DNA of 64,000 bases from Fibrobacteria bacterium (GTDB taxonomy: Bacteria > Fibrobacterota > Fibrobacteria > UBA11236): positions 29,970-93,969 of the forward strand of contig JBGTHM010000099.1 of NCBI GenBank assembly GCA_041746255.1, in the 5' to 3' direction. Every line of letters begins with the position of its first letter. The first letter of the stretch is position 1. Position numbers and translations under genes: made by a program. Shown in pieces: positions 11,095 to 19,993 of the stretch. Below the pieces are notes generated by a model. It saw only the letters and a program-made list of their open reading frames with translations. It made no database searches and had not been told where the DNA came from.

Positions 11095-12779
11095 AAATAT
11101 TTCACTACGAACTCCCCCGAAACTACGGGAGTACTAAATTTTGGTTTTGGACTTTCCCGTCCATTATCGATGAATGACCAGCCTGCGGCCAATCGGTATG
11201 AGACCCAATATCCGTGGGAAAAGGTTGATTCCAAGCGCCAATCATTCCGGATTGCGGTTCCCTCCGATAGGAACTCCTTGGTAGTTCCATCAATCATGGC
11301 GTCGTGGATATGGAATAGGGAGGCGCCTCTGGCGTCCGCCCCCATTTGCTCAACGGTATAGTTTAGTCCAATTTGCATATACGAGGTCAGCGTTTGCCTT
11401 AAGCTAATTTTCATGCCATGCGAATTCGGCGGCAACGAACTTCCCAACAAATGCCCGAAATGCTGCATCTGGTTATCCGACGTATGATGGCCAAATACCC
11501 ACGGTTCCACCCTGGCATATTCCATTCCCAAAGAGGCTCCTGGCAGAAATAAATCCACCGTTTCCAATCCAACCGAAAAGGCGTACTTGTTACCCCAATA
11601 ATCACCGAGCAACTCGGCCGGATTGAGCAAGTCGTCCAGAAATAAATCGGCATACATCCTAATCCCACGCATAGGAACCCAACTCGCGTCGAATCCCATT
11701 CCGATATTATCGCGGTCTCCCAGGTAATGTTCAGCCACGAAGAGGGGAACCAGCGGCAGGGCATAGGTCGGCTCAAATGGACGACTGTAAACAACAATTT
11801 CATAAATGCCCAATTTGACGTTCCGTGGCAGTTCCGTCTCCAGGCGGTGAGCGGAAACATAAGCGGAAGAATCGCTGAACAGTCCCGTTCTCTTGGCGAA
11901 GAACTTGGTATAGCGAAAGGGTCCCATCTCGAATACCGTGCGCGCTTGCAACATGGGTGCTCCCTGACCGGGATATTCGTAGCCTCGGCGGTATGTGCCG
12001 GGAAAGGGGTCTCCTTTGTAGCCACTGCCTTCGTCAAAAGCAGGGGATTCCTTGACCCAAAACCAGGGAGCTGTGGAAAAGGAGGGGTGTTGCCATTGAC
12101 CGAATCCCCATTGGTTCCAATCGTAACCTGCGTCCAATCTGAACCCGGTGGCTTTGTAGGAAAATACGGCACGATAGCCGTCGAAAGTGCTGACATTGTC
12201 CAAATCATCCGGATCGCCATTACGGCCTTGTTCCGCATTGTAGGGTAAACCCCGCTGCGGATCGTAATTCATCTTGAAACGGGGATGGTAGGAACGTTCG
12301 GACCCGATAAAGGCTCCGGCGGTGAAGGACAGGTTATTCGATAGGGAGCCATCCACCTGAGCGCCCAGCGTTCCGAATCCATAGGTGTCCGCATGAGGTA
12401 CCGAGTCCTGATGGAAAATGCCGGTATAGTAACGAACCGACCCCAATAAGGACTGTTCACCAGCGCTCCATGCCAGGGGTGAATTTGTGATGCGCAAAGA
12501 ATCGTCCAATTCCCGGCGAAAATCACGAACCCTCGCCCTTTCCCAAGGGGTAAGGGAGGCTTCCGTCTCAGCGGCAATACGAAGGGCCGACAATACTTCG
12601 CGCTTGGATAGCGGCAGACTTCCGAGTGGGAGAGATGGGATGGCCTTCTTTACCTCCAATGAGCGTAAAAAGGGATAGACGGGATGTCCGGCTTCGATGG
12701 GCTGCGCCATCGGGGCGCGCTGCCAGGAAGGAATTCCCACGGTACAGATAAAAAAGAGCACTTTTATGTTTCGAATCAC
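11091..12779 (-). CDS. Wzi-family capsule assembly outer-membrane beta-barrel
   Basis: N-terminal helical part (HPVYPFLRSL...PLSKREV), then YVSAHRLE, GIYEIVVY, DNIGMGFD, LFLDD and LGSSLPPNS motifs. Adjacent to the OPX gene. Confidence 0.7.
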   Translation of the reverse strand: MIRNIKVLFFICTVGIPSWQRAPMAQPIEAGHPVYPFLRSLEVKKAIPSLPLGSLPLSKREVLSALRIAAETEASLTPWERARVRDFRRELDDSLRITNSPLAWSAGEQSLLGSVRYYTGIFHQDSVPHADTYGFGTLGAQVDGSLSNNLSFTAGAFIGSERSYHPRFKMNYDPQRGLPYNAEQGRNGDPDDLDNVSTFDGYRAVFSYKATGFRLDAGYDWNQWGFGQWQHPSFSTAPWFWVKESPAFDEGSGYKGDPFPGTYRRGYEYPGQGAPMLQARTVFEMGPFRYTKFFAKRTGLFSDSSAYVSAHRLETELPRNVKLGIYEIVVYSRPFEPTYALPLVPLFVAEHYLGDRDNIGMGFDASWVPMRGIRMYADLFLDDLLNPAELLGDYWGNKYAFSVGLETVDLFLPGASLGMEYARVEPWVFGHHTSDNQMQHFGHLLGSSLPPNSHGMKISLRQTLTSYMQIGLNYTVEQMGADARGASLFHIHDAMIDGTTKEFLSEGTAIRNDWRLESTFSHGYWVSYRLAAGWSFIDNGRESPKPKFSTPVVSGEFVVKYL

Positions 12780-13792
12780 TGATTGTTCAAGAAGGCGAGC
12801 GCCTCTTCCGCTCTGCGTTTGTCGCCGTTATTGTAATAAACCGCGGCGATATTTTCCACGCCGATACGCCCCTGCATGCTTCCCAACTTGAACGCAGCGG
12901 TGAATTCTTCCAAGGCATTTTCGTAGCGCTTTTGGCGAAAAAGGATAATGGCACGCTTCAAATGGACGTCCGGCTTACGGATGCCTGCCCGAATGGCCTC
13001 TTCCAGCGCGAGCAAAGCCAGATAATCCATATCCCTGCCTTCATGGATGGAAGCGATGCGCAGGTAATATTCCAATCTTTGCGGCGCCATGACAAGGCCT
13101 TCTTCATAGGCCCGCACCGCCTTGGTCTCCTTCCCGTCGGATTGATAGAGATGGCCCAGGTAAAAATAGGCCTGGGCCGTAGCCGTGGTCATGAGTAGAG
13201 CGTCTTCCATTACCTTCTGGGCGCTTTCGAAATCACGCACCTTCGCGTAGGCTTCCGCCATGGCGAAATGGATGTCGACCTGGTCCGGCTCGATTTTGAG
13301 GGCGGCTTCGAAATTACGTAAGGCTTCGGTGGCGTCTCCGGCTTTGAGTGCGGATTCGCCTATGATGCGGTAGGCCGACAAGGTGGGCCCGTCTATTTCC
13401 AGTACCCGGGTCAGGCTGGCTACGGCATCTCCCAAAGCGCCCATTTCGTAAAACACTTCCCCGAGCAAGAGCCAGGCCCGGGAAAATTCCGGCGCCTCTT
13501 CGATGGCCCGTCGGTAGGCGATTACGGCTTTGGGATAATCTCCGTTTTGTACATGGCAATTCCCCAGGTTGAACCAGGCGAAGACCCGGTTCTGCGGGGT
13601 TTTGGTGGCCTCGTAATAAAGGGCGGCGGCTCCGTTGAAATCGCCTTTTTCATAAAGCTGGTTGCCGCGCTGCAGTGGCGGCAGGTTTGGCGCCGGCGGA
13701 TTGGATGATGAAAACGCATAGGATAACAGAAGGAAAAGAGCGGTCGCCTTGAGCTTCGCGGTAATCCCGGACGATGCAAAGATTTTGCGCAT
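12776..13792 (-). CDS. Periplasmic tetratricopeptide-repeat protein (TtpD-like)
   Basis: Signal peptide plus tandem TPR repeats (AWFNLGNCH...A..AYRRAIEEAP). Last gene of the TonB cluster. Confidence 0.85.
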   Translation of the reverse strand: MRKIFASSGITAKLKATALFLLLSYAFSSSNPPAPNLPPLQRGNQLYEKGDFNGAAALYYEATKTPQNRVFAWFNLGNCHVQNGDYPKAVIAYRRAIEEAPEFSRAWLLLGEVFYEMGALGDAVASLTRVLEIDGPTLSAYRIIGESALKAGDATEALRNFEAALKIEPDQVDIHFAMAEAYAKVRDFESAQKVMEDALLMTTATAQAYFYLGHLYQSDGKETKAVRAYEEGLVMAPQRLEYYLRIASIHEGRDMDYLALLALEEAIRAGIRKPDVHLKRAIILFRQKRYENALEEFTAAFKLGSMQGRIGVENIAAVYYNNGDKRRAEEALAFLNNQ

Positions 13793-13793
13793 G

Positions 13794-14450
13794 TCAGTTC
13801 ACCTCGAAAATAATCGGAAGTTTGAAGCGCTGACGCACGGGAACATTTTGCAGGGTTGCGGGACGGAAACGCAGGTTACGCGCGTATTTGAGGGCTTCGC
13901 CCACGAAACCGTACCCCTTGGGGTTTTCTTCGAGAACCTGCAACTCTTCTACGAACCCGCGCTCGTTCACCACGAAAAGCAGATCAACCCGGCCGCCAAC
14001 TCCTTCTCGCCGGGCTCGTGGCGGTACTTGCGGGTCTCCGGGACGGTTGACCAACTGGGCGTCGGTATCGGTGGCGCCCATATCATAAGTCATTACGCCG
14101 GGGCCCGAGCCCGAGCCGATGGTGCCTGAGCTGCCGCTACCCTGGGCCAAGGCGGGACCCGAACCTCCGGCCGGACTTAAATCCAGTTTCAGGCCGCCCA
14201 CCGACATGGGGCGAGGGGCGGATTCGGGCCGCTGCCGTGGCTCCACCGTTTTGATTTCCTTGATCTCGCGTTTGTCCATTTCCTGCCTCTCGGGGGGCGT
14301 ATAGACGATTTCCCTTTCGACATCTTTGTTGAGAGCAGCCTTCACCTCATCTTGCCTTAGGAAGGCATGGATAGCGGGTACCAACAGGATCAAAGCCAGG
14401 TTGATACCCAGGGCAGACAGAAAAAGGACGATGCGTACGCGTATGTTCAT
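13794..14450 (-). CDS. tonB: Energy transducer TonB
   Basis: N-terminal TM anchor, Pro/Gly-rich linker, and a TonB_C domain (PPRARREGVGGRVDLLFVVNERGFV...FRPA). Confidence 0.88.
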   Translation of the reverse strand: MNIRVRIVLFLSALGINLALILLVPAIHAFLRQDEVKAALNKDVEREIVYTPPERQEMDKREIKEIKTVEPRQRPESAPRPMSVGGLKLDLSPAGGSGPALAQGSGSSGTIGSGSGPGVMTYDMGATDTDAQLVNRPGDPQVPPRARREGVGGRVDLLFVVNERGFVEELQVLEENPKGYGFVGEALKYARNLRFRPATLQNVPVRQRFKLPIIFEVN

Positions 14451-14863
14451 TCCTTAACCGAAGAAATGGAAACCTTTTTCACATCGGCCAGATTACACTC
14501 GTCCAGAACGTCTACCGTTGTGGCGATGGAAGCCTCCCTATCGGCCACGATAACCACCGCGCGATTGGGGTCCTGCGCCATATATCGCTTGAGAATGGTT
14601 CCCAATCCCCTCAGGGTGGCGGGACTTTCATTGACATGAATGTTACCCTCCCGAGTAATCCCGATGAGAATGGGCTGTTTGCTCAGAATTTGCGAGGTGC
14701 TGGCCTTGGGCTTGTTAATATCCAGGCCCATTTCCTCGGTGAAGGTACTGGTTATCACGAAGAAGATAAGCAGGAAAAAAAGCATGTCGATCAAATTGAT
14801 GAGATTCAGTTCCGCGGTTCGCCGCGGCCGGCGAACAATGCCGAAATGCTGCGCCTCTTTCAT
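14447..14863 (-). CDS. exbD: Biopolymer transporter ExbD
   Basis: LNLINLIDMLFFLLIFF with the conserved TM Asp, and VVIVADRE. Confidence 0.9.
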   Translation of the reverse strand: MKEAQHFGIVRRPRRTAELNLINLIDMLFFLLIFFVITSTFTEEMGLDINKPKASTSQILSKQPILIGITREGNIHVNESPATLRGLGTILKRYMAQDPNRAVVIVADREASIATTVDVLDECNLADVKKVSISSVKE

Positions 14864-15414
14864 GCCCAGACCTCTCCCTCAGGTGTGCCGGTGATGCCCA
14901 ATGCCGTTCGCAGCGAATCGCTTTCGATTTCGTCGGCCCGGTTCTGCAAGTGGTTATGTAAAAGAATGAGCGGAAATGCCACCACCAGTCCGGCTTTGGT
15001 GGTCAAGAGCGCCTTGGCGATGCCGCCGGCCATCATGGCGGGATTGCCGGCGCCATACAGAGTAATCACGTGGAAGGTGGCCATGATCCCCGAAACCGTT
15101 CCCAGTAATCCCAATAAGGGAGCCGCCGCCGCTATCACCGAAATGGTGGAAAGTCGGTCATGCAAGGCGGGCAGGCTTTTGTGGAGGCTCTCGCGGGCGC
15201 GGTTGCGGGTAGCCTGTTCGCCCAAGGGATGGGTTGCGGCGAGGGTTTGTTCCAGTTCGCGTCGCATACGCGCTTCCGCGGTACGGAAATACCACCAGCG
15301 TTCCAAGGCGAGGTACCACCCGACCTGGCCGAGGACGAATATGGCCAGCATAATCCAACCACCCTGCCGGGTGATATGCCAAATCTCCTGCATCGCGAAT
15401 TCAAAGTCGGTCAT
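14860..15414 (-). CDS. exbB: MotA/TolQ/ExbB proton-channel protein (short ExbB2-like)
   Basis: APLLGLLGTVSGIM...AGGIAKALLTT. Confidence 0.88.
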   Translation of the reverse strand: MTDFEFAMQEIWHITRQGGWIMLAIFVLGQVGWYLALERWWYFRTAEARMRRELEQTLAATHPLGEQATRNRARESLHKSLPALHDRLSTISVIAAAAPLLGLLGTVSGIMATFHVITLYGAGNPAMMAGGIAKALLTTKAGLVVAFPLILLHNHLQNRADEIESDSLRTALGITGTPEGEVWA

Positions 15415-15445
15415 TTTTCATCCATGGCACCCATCGAAGGCAAGG

Positions 15446-16939
15446 CTAATCCTGCGGCCAGAGCGCGTTCAGCGATTTAACCGAAAAGAGCTGCATTTCG
15501 TTGACGATTCTGTCCACGCGATTGGCGAGATAATTATGGACCAAGAGCGCCGGTACGGCGATTATCAAACCCGCTTCCGTGGTAATCAATGCTTCGCCGA
15601 TGCCTCCAGCCAAAAGTTTCGGGTCGTTGACTCCGAATTGGGTGATGGAGTGGAACATGGCGATAAGCCCGGATACGGTTCCCAGCAGTCCCAACAGAGG
15701 GGCGGCCGCACCCAAAACCGAAATGGTGGTCAAATGCTTCTCCAAGGCCGGAATTTCGCGCAGCATGACTTCCTGCACCGATTTTTCGGCTTGCTGCCTA
15801 CTGTTGTCCCGATTGGAAGCCACCGTTTTGATAAGGCCCATTACCAGATTATGCGGGCGTTTCTCGCATATGGCTAATGTCTCATCATAGTTTCCGGCTT
15901 CGAGCGCTTTAATGGCATTGGCGTAAACGTCGGGGTTGGCGGAACGCCGACGGGTGAGGTAAGTGATTTTTCGGGTGAAAAGTATTGCAATTACAACCGG
16001 TAAAATCAGCAGCGGAATCATGAATACTCCGCCGATTTTGATGGCGGCGATCAACCCACCCCAAAATCCCAGCTTCTCCTGTTGGGTATACCCCTTTCCC
16101 TGAGTTTGATTGGGGAGCAAATCGACGGGTACCAGAAAGGTTTCGCCGGTTCTCGCCGCGGCTTGATCCAGGGCTTTTGACAAGGCTTCCGTGGCGGATA
16201 TGGGTATATCCTCCCGCCATTCGTATCGCGTTCCGGACACGGAGGGTGAGGTTAACAACAAGCCGACGCGTCCGCTTTCCTGGTCGCGATAGGCCTTGGT
16301 TATCGCTCCCAGCCGCAGCAAGGTGCCTTGGGAAGGCATGTCGTTCGCCCCTACGAAACTGGCGGGCTCGGCGACAACCTCACGGCTGAGACGGATTTCA
16401 GCCTTCTCGAATTCCAGCAAGGCACGTAAAACCTCATGGGGTGAATCCTTTTTGATGTCCCCGGCCTGACGCAAACGGTTTAGGCGCTCGAGTCTTTCCG
16501 TCATCTTGGCGGGAAATCCCTTATCCAACTGAGCCGCCAAGATTTGCATTCTTTCCAGCATGAGACCATTGAGAGCGAGGAAGGAGCGTTGCTCCGATTC
16601 CAAATCCGCTTCCCATCTTTCCGCATCCCTTAGATAGCCTTGTAATTCCTCGTGCAACCTGTCGCCTTCGAAATTCTGGGTTTCCACCCGCAATTTGATT
16701 TCATCGTACTCCTGATTGAACTTTTCGCGGGCTTCCATGTCGACACGACGGTCTTCCCACCTTTTGGAAACGATGCGATCGCGTAAGCGTTTCGCCTCCT
16801 CCAGTTCGATTTTAAGCGCCTCAAGCTGGTCAGCCCTATCGTCGGCGCGAACCTGGGAATGGGCGGGGAGAGTAAGCATTATGGCGGACAGGACAACGAA
16901 AACCATGGGGAAATATTTGTGAAGCCGCGAGTAGGTCAT
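15446..16939 (-). CDS. TtpC-like protein: coiled coil + DUF3450-like periplasmic domain fused to a MotA/TolQ/ExbB domain
   Basis: Signal peptide, coiled coil, 'FPAKMTERLERL...LLRLGAI' segment, and C-terminal APLLGLLGTVSGLI...GGIGEALITTEAGL. Confidence 0.8.
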   Translation of the reverse strand: MTYSRLHKYFPMVFVVLSAIMLTLPAHSQVRADDRADQLEALKIELEEAKRLRDRIVSKRWEDRRVDMEAREKFNQEYDEIKLRVETQNFEGDRLHEELQGYLRDAERWEADLESEQRSFLALNGLMLERMQILAAQLDKGFPAKMTERLERLNRLRQAGDIKKDSPHEVLRALLEFEKAEIRLSREVVAEPASFVGANDMPSQGTLLRLGAITKAYRDQESGRVGLLLTSPSVSGTRYEWREDIPISATEALSKALDQAAARTGETFLVPVDLLPNQTQGKGYTQQEKLGFWGGLIAAIKIGGVFMIPLLILPVVIAILFTRKITYLTRRRSANPDVYANAIKALEAGNYDETLAICEKRPHNLVMGLIKTVASNRDNSRQQAEKSVQEVMLREIPALEKHLTTISVLGAAAPLLGLLGTVSGLIAMFHSITQFGVNDPKLLAGGIGEALITTEAGLIIAVPALLVHNYLANRVDRIVNEMQLFSVKSLNALWPQD

Positions 16940-17823
16940 GGTCGACCTCCCGTTGCCGGAGCGGCTTTGATGGGCTGAGCGGTTGCGGTATCGCTTGCAG
17001 CAGGAGTAACCTTGGGCTTACCGGATGATTTTGGCTGGACCGCGATAAAGGGCAGGGAAACCAGTTCCGGCGGGGTTTTGCCTTCGGCTACGCTCAAGGC
17101 CAGGACCACCCCTTTGCGAGCCTCGGGTGAAACATCCGTGTCCAACCAAACATAACCTGAATCGGAGGGCGCTAAATGGGCGACATGTTTTCCGTCCTGA
17201 CTGACGAAACCCAGGAAGACGGCACCGAGCCGCACGAATTTTCCGTCCAGATTGCGGCCATCAAGGGTTCGATGCACTCCCGCATAGACTTCGCTGTCGC
17301 GAGAGAATCCAACCGCCTCTTCGATCGCTCCAAAAATACGAAACAAACCCTCCTCAACTCCCAAGGTACCCGCTTCGAGTGACTGGCTCAGGTTTTCCAA
17401 TTCGGCAATCCGACGTTCGTGCTGATAGGGAAAGTCTTGCCGAAAAAAGGAGGCCAGCTCCCGGCTTTCTTTAACCAGGTGCGCCCTAAACTCCTCCTGC
17501 TTGCGTTGGTAAAGAGCGATCTGGTTTCTGTGGGCATTCTTCCGTGCTCCAGACCTCGCAACTTCTTTTTTCAAGCTGTCGACTTTATTCTGGCTCAAGA
17601 CCAATTGTCGATTGATGGCCGCGAATTTCTCCGCTTTGCTTTTTTCGAATGCTTGCGCCCGTTTCAGTTCGGATTGGTGTAAATCCTTTTCCCGCGCGAT
17701 TTCCTTTTCTACACGGTCCAGCTCCCTTTGTACGGACGAAAGCGTCTCCTGCCCGGCTAGCGGAAGGAAACAAATCAGAAAGAGGGATGCGCCGGAAAAA
17801 AATGTTCGCAAGATACTCTGCAA
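16936..17823 (-). CDS. DUF3450-family (TtpB-like) periplasmic coiled-coil protein
   Basis: Start reassigned to TTG at 17823, which has an AAGGAGG RBS. Signal peptide, coiled coil, and DFPYQHERRIAEL...FVRLGAVFL motif. Confidence 0.75.
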   Translation of the reverse strand: MQSILRTFFSGASLFLICFLPLAGQETLSSVQRELDRVEKEIAREKDLHQSELKRAQAFEKSKAEKFAAINRQLVLSQNKVDSLKKEVARSGARKNAHRNQIALYQRKQEEFRAHLVKESRELASFFRQDFPYQHERRIAELENLSQSLEAGTLGVEEGLFRIFGAIEEAVGFSRDSEVYAGVHRTLDGRNLDGKFVRLGAVFLGFVSQDGKHVAHLAPSDSGYVWLDTDVSPEARKGVVLALSVAEGKTPPELVSLPFIAVQPKSSGKPKVTPAASDTATAQPIKAAPATGGRP

Positions 17824-17864
17824 GAGAACCCTCCTTTTTAGCGAAAGCGGCGTGCACAAACTAT

Positions 17865-17888
17865 AAAAAAGGGGGCATTCAGCCCCCC
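17865..17888 (-). terminator. Rho-independent terminator of xylA
   Basis: Minus strand reads GGGGGC-TGAAT-GCCCCC followed by TTTTTT, just after the xylA stop. Confidence 0.75.
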
Positions 17889-17914
17889 GAAGAAACAACG
17901 ACCCGATGTTGAGG

Positions 17915-19225
17915 TTACAGGTAAGAATTGAGAAGAATTTCGAATTTCTCCTGCTTGCCGGAGATTTTGGCGGGCTCACCATTCTCCAAGGCCCACTTTT
18001 CCAATTCCTTGAAATTGGTGGCGCCTTCCTCGATTTTAGCTCCGATACCCTTTTCATAAGATGAGTAGCGCTGCTTGACCCGGTCGGCCAATACTCCGTC
18101 TTCCTTCATTTTAGCGGCGATGATCAGCCCGCGGGCGAAAGCATCCATACCACCAATATGGGCCAGGAATAGGTCTTCCACATCGGTGGACTCGCGGCGA
18201 ACCTTGGCGTCGAAATTCAGTCCGCCGGTACCCAATCCACCTTGATTGAGTACAATCAGCATGGCCAGGGTCGTGCTGCGATGGTCCATGTTGAATTGGT
18301 CGGTATCCCAGCCCAACTGCGGGTCGCCCGTATTGGCGTCAATGGATCCCAGCTGACCGTAGCGAGAGGCGATTTCCAGGTCATGTTCGAAGGAATGACC
18401 GGCCAAAGTGGCATGGTTGGCTTCGATATTGAGCTTGTATTCCTTATCCAGGCCGTATTGCTTGAGGAATCCCATTACCGTAGCCGCGTCGAAATCGTAT
18501 TGGTGCTTGGTGGGTTCCTTGGGCTTGGGCTCGATGAGCAAAGTTCCCTTAAAGCCGATTTCCTTTTTGTATTGGGCTGCCATATGCAAAAAGCGGGCAA
18601 AATGATCCAGTTCGCGGCGCATATCGGTATTCAGCAGGGATTGGTACCCTTCGCGTCCACCCCAAAAAACGTAGTTCTCACCACCGAGTTCCAAGGTGAC
18701 TTCCATGGCCTTTTTCACTTGGGCTGCGGCGTATGCGAAGACATGGGCGTCAGGATTGGTGGATGCGCCATTCATATACCGGGGATTCGAAAAGAGATTG
18801 GCGGTGCCCCAGAGCAGTTTAATTCCGGTTTCGCCCTGGAGTTTTTTGGCTTCTTGAACCACGGCGTCCAAATTCCGATTACTCTCGGCCAGCGATTTGC
18901 CTTCGGGGGCGATATCCCGGTCGTGAAAGCAATAGTATTCCACACCGAGTTTTTTCAGAAATTGAAAGTTAACCTGCATGCGGCGAATCGCATTTTCCAC
19001 CGAATCCGATCCGTCTTCCCAGGGACGTTTGATGGTGCCGGGACCGAAAGGATCGCCACCCATGCCACGGAAGGTATGCCAATAAGCCACCGAAAAACGC
19101 AAGTGGTCCTTCATGGTTTTACCGAGAATTTTTTGCTCCGCATTATAGTATTTGAAGGCCATGTCATTCTTGGAATCGGGTCCCTCAAATTGGATAACGG
19201 GAATTTCACTGAAATAATCGGACAT
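17915..19225 (-). CDS. xylA: Xylose isomerase (class II)
   Basis: Motifs [61 protein letters not shown]. Confidence 0.97.
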   Translation of the reverse strand: MSDYFSEIPVIQFEGPDSKNDMAFKYYNAEQKILGKTMKDHLRFSVAYWHTFRGMGGDPFGPGTIKRPWEDGSDSVENAIRRMQVNFQFLKKLGVEYYCFHDRDIAPEGKSLAESNRNLDAVVQEAKKLQGETGIKLLWGTANLFSNPRYMNGASTNPDAHVFAYAAAQVKKAMEVTLELGGENYVFWGGREGYQSLLNTDMRRELDHFARFLHMAAQYKKEIGFKGTLLIEPKPKEPTKHQYDFDAATVMGFLKQYGLDKEYKLNIEANHATLAGHSFEHDLEIASRYGQLGSIDANTGDPQLGWDTDQFNMDHRSTTLAMLIVLNQGGLGTGGLNFDAKVRRESTDVEDLFLAHIGGMDAFARGLIIAAKMKEDGVLADRVKQRYSSYEKGIGAKIEEGATNFKELEKWALENGEPAKISGKQEKFEILLNSYL

Positions 19226-19331
19226 AATCAGATGCTCCTAAGGTCAGGTTTTCAGAAACTCAATTTAACCGAAATTGGTAATTCCTGCACATTTTTTCGT
19301 CGAAGGGTGGGGGAGTTCACCCCGATAGGGC

Positions 19332-19544
19332 CTATTCGAGTGGCAGTTCAGGGCTTTGGGGTTGTAAGCGCTTCTCTTCGGCGGCAAAGCGGAGTAGGGC
19401 TTCGATATCCGGTCGGCAACTTCCGCATCCGGTGCATACGCCCAGTTTCCGGCTCAGGGAGTCGACAGTCAGGCATCCGGCTTCAATAGCAGCCAGGACG
19501 GCGCTTTTTTGGACATCGCGACAGTAGCAAACGGGTTCGGACAT
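19332..19544 (-). CDS. BFD-like [2Fe-2S]-binding protein
   Basis: VCYC...CTGCGSC pattern in 70 aa. Confidence 0.8.
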   Translation of the reverse strand: MSEPVCYCRDVQKSAVLAAIEAGCLTVDSLSRKLGVCTGCGSCRPDIEALLRFAAEEKRLQPQSPELPLE

Positions 19545-19743
19545 GGGTAAATGTGCAATTTATGGCGAAATGGTGTGTTTGGGTAACCTTATCCCAGTAT
19601 ACATGCGACGACCCCATGGGACAATCAGAATCCCGTCCTTGCTGCATGCTTTTCCCCGGATAAGCCCGGTAAATATTTTTGGGACCTATTTGGGACAAGC
19701 GCGGAGCAAAAAATGCAAGTTACCGACCAACAACAACTTAGAG

Positions 19744-19820
19744 TGGTCGGGATGGCCGGATTCGAACCGACGACCCCTTCGTCCCGAACGAAGTGCTCTA
19801 CCAGACTGAGCCACATCCCG
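19744..19820 (-). tRNA. tRNA-Pro(CGG)
   Basis: Sequence CGGGATGTGGCTCAGTCTGGTAGAGCA...CTTCG TT CGG GA CGAAG...GGTTCGAATCC...CCCGACCA folds as a cloverleaf, with CCA encoded. Confidence 0.96.
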
Positions 19821-19993
19821 AAATTCACCCGCAATTTCGCTTTGCCTAACCCGAAAAAGGTGTCGGCTTTTGCAAGTACCGCCTGTTTCCCGTGCGGGAA
19901 ACCGGTCGAAGTGGAGACAATTTAGTACACCAAGACCGGCATAACAAGTCCAGCGGCGCCGGAAGCCCATCCGAAAATGGGCATCGATTAAGC

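Noticed and set aside
14636..15877. 413-aa plus-strand ORF
   Set aside because: It is an antisense shadow of exbD/exbB/ttpC and has no recognisable motifs.
17824..18057. N-terminal extension of the DUF3450 ORF given in the track
   Set aside because: It overlaps xylA and its terminator. The strong RBS supports the TTG start at 17823.
18242..19489. 415-aa plus-strand ORF
   Set aside because: It is an antisense shadow of the well-supported xylA and bfd genes.
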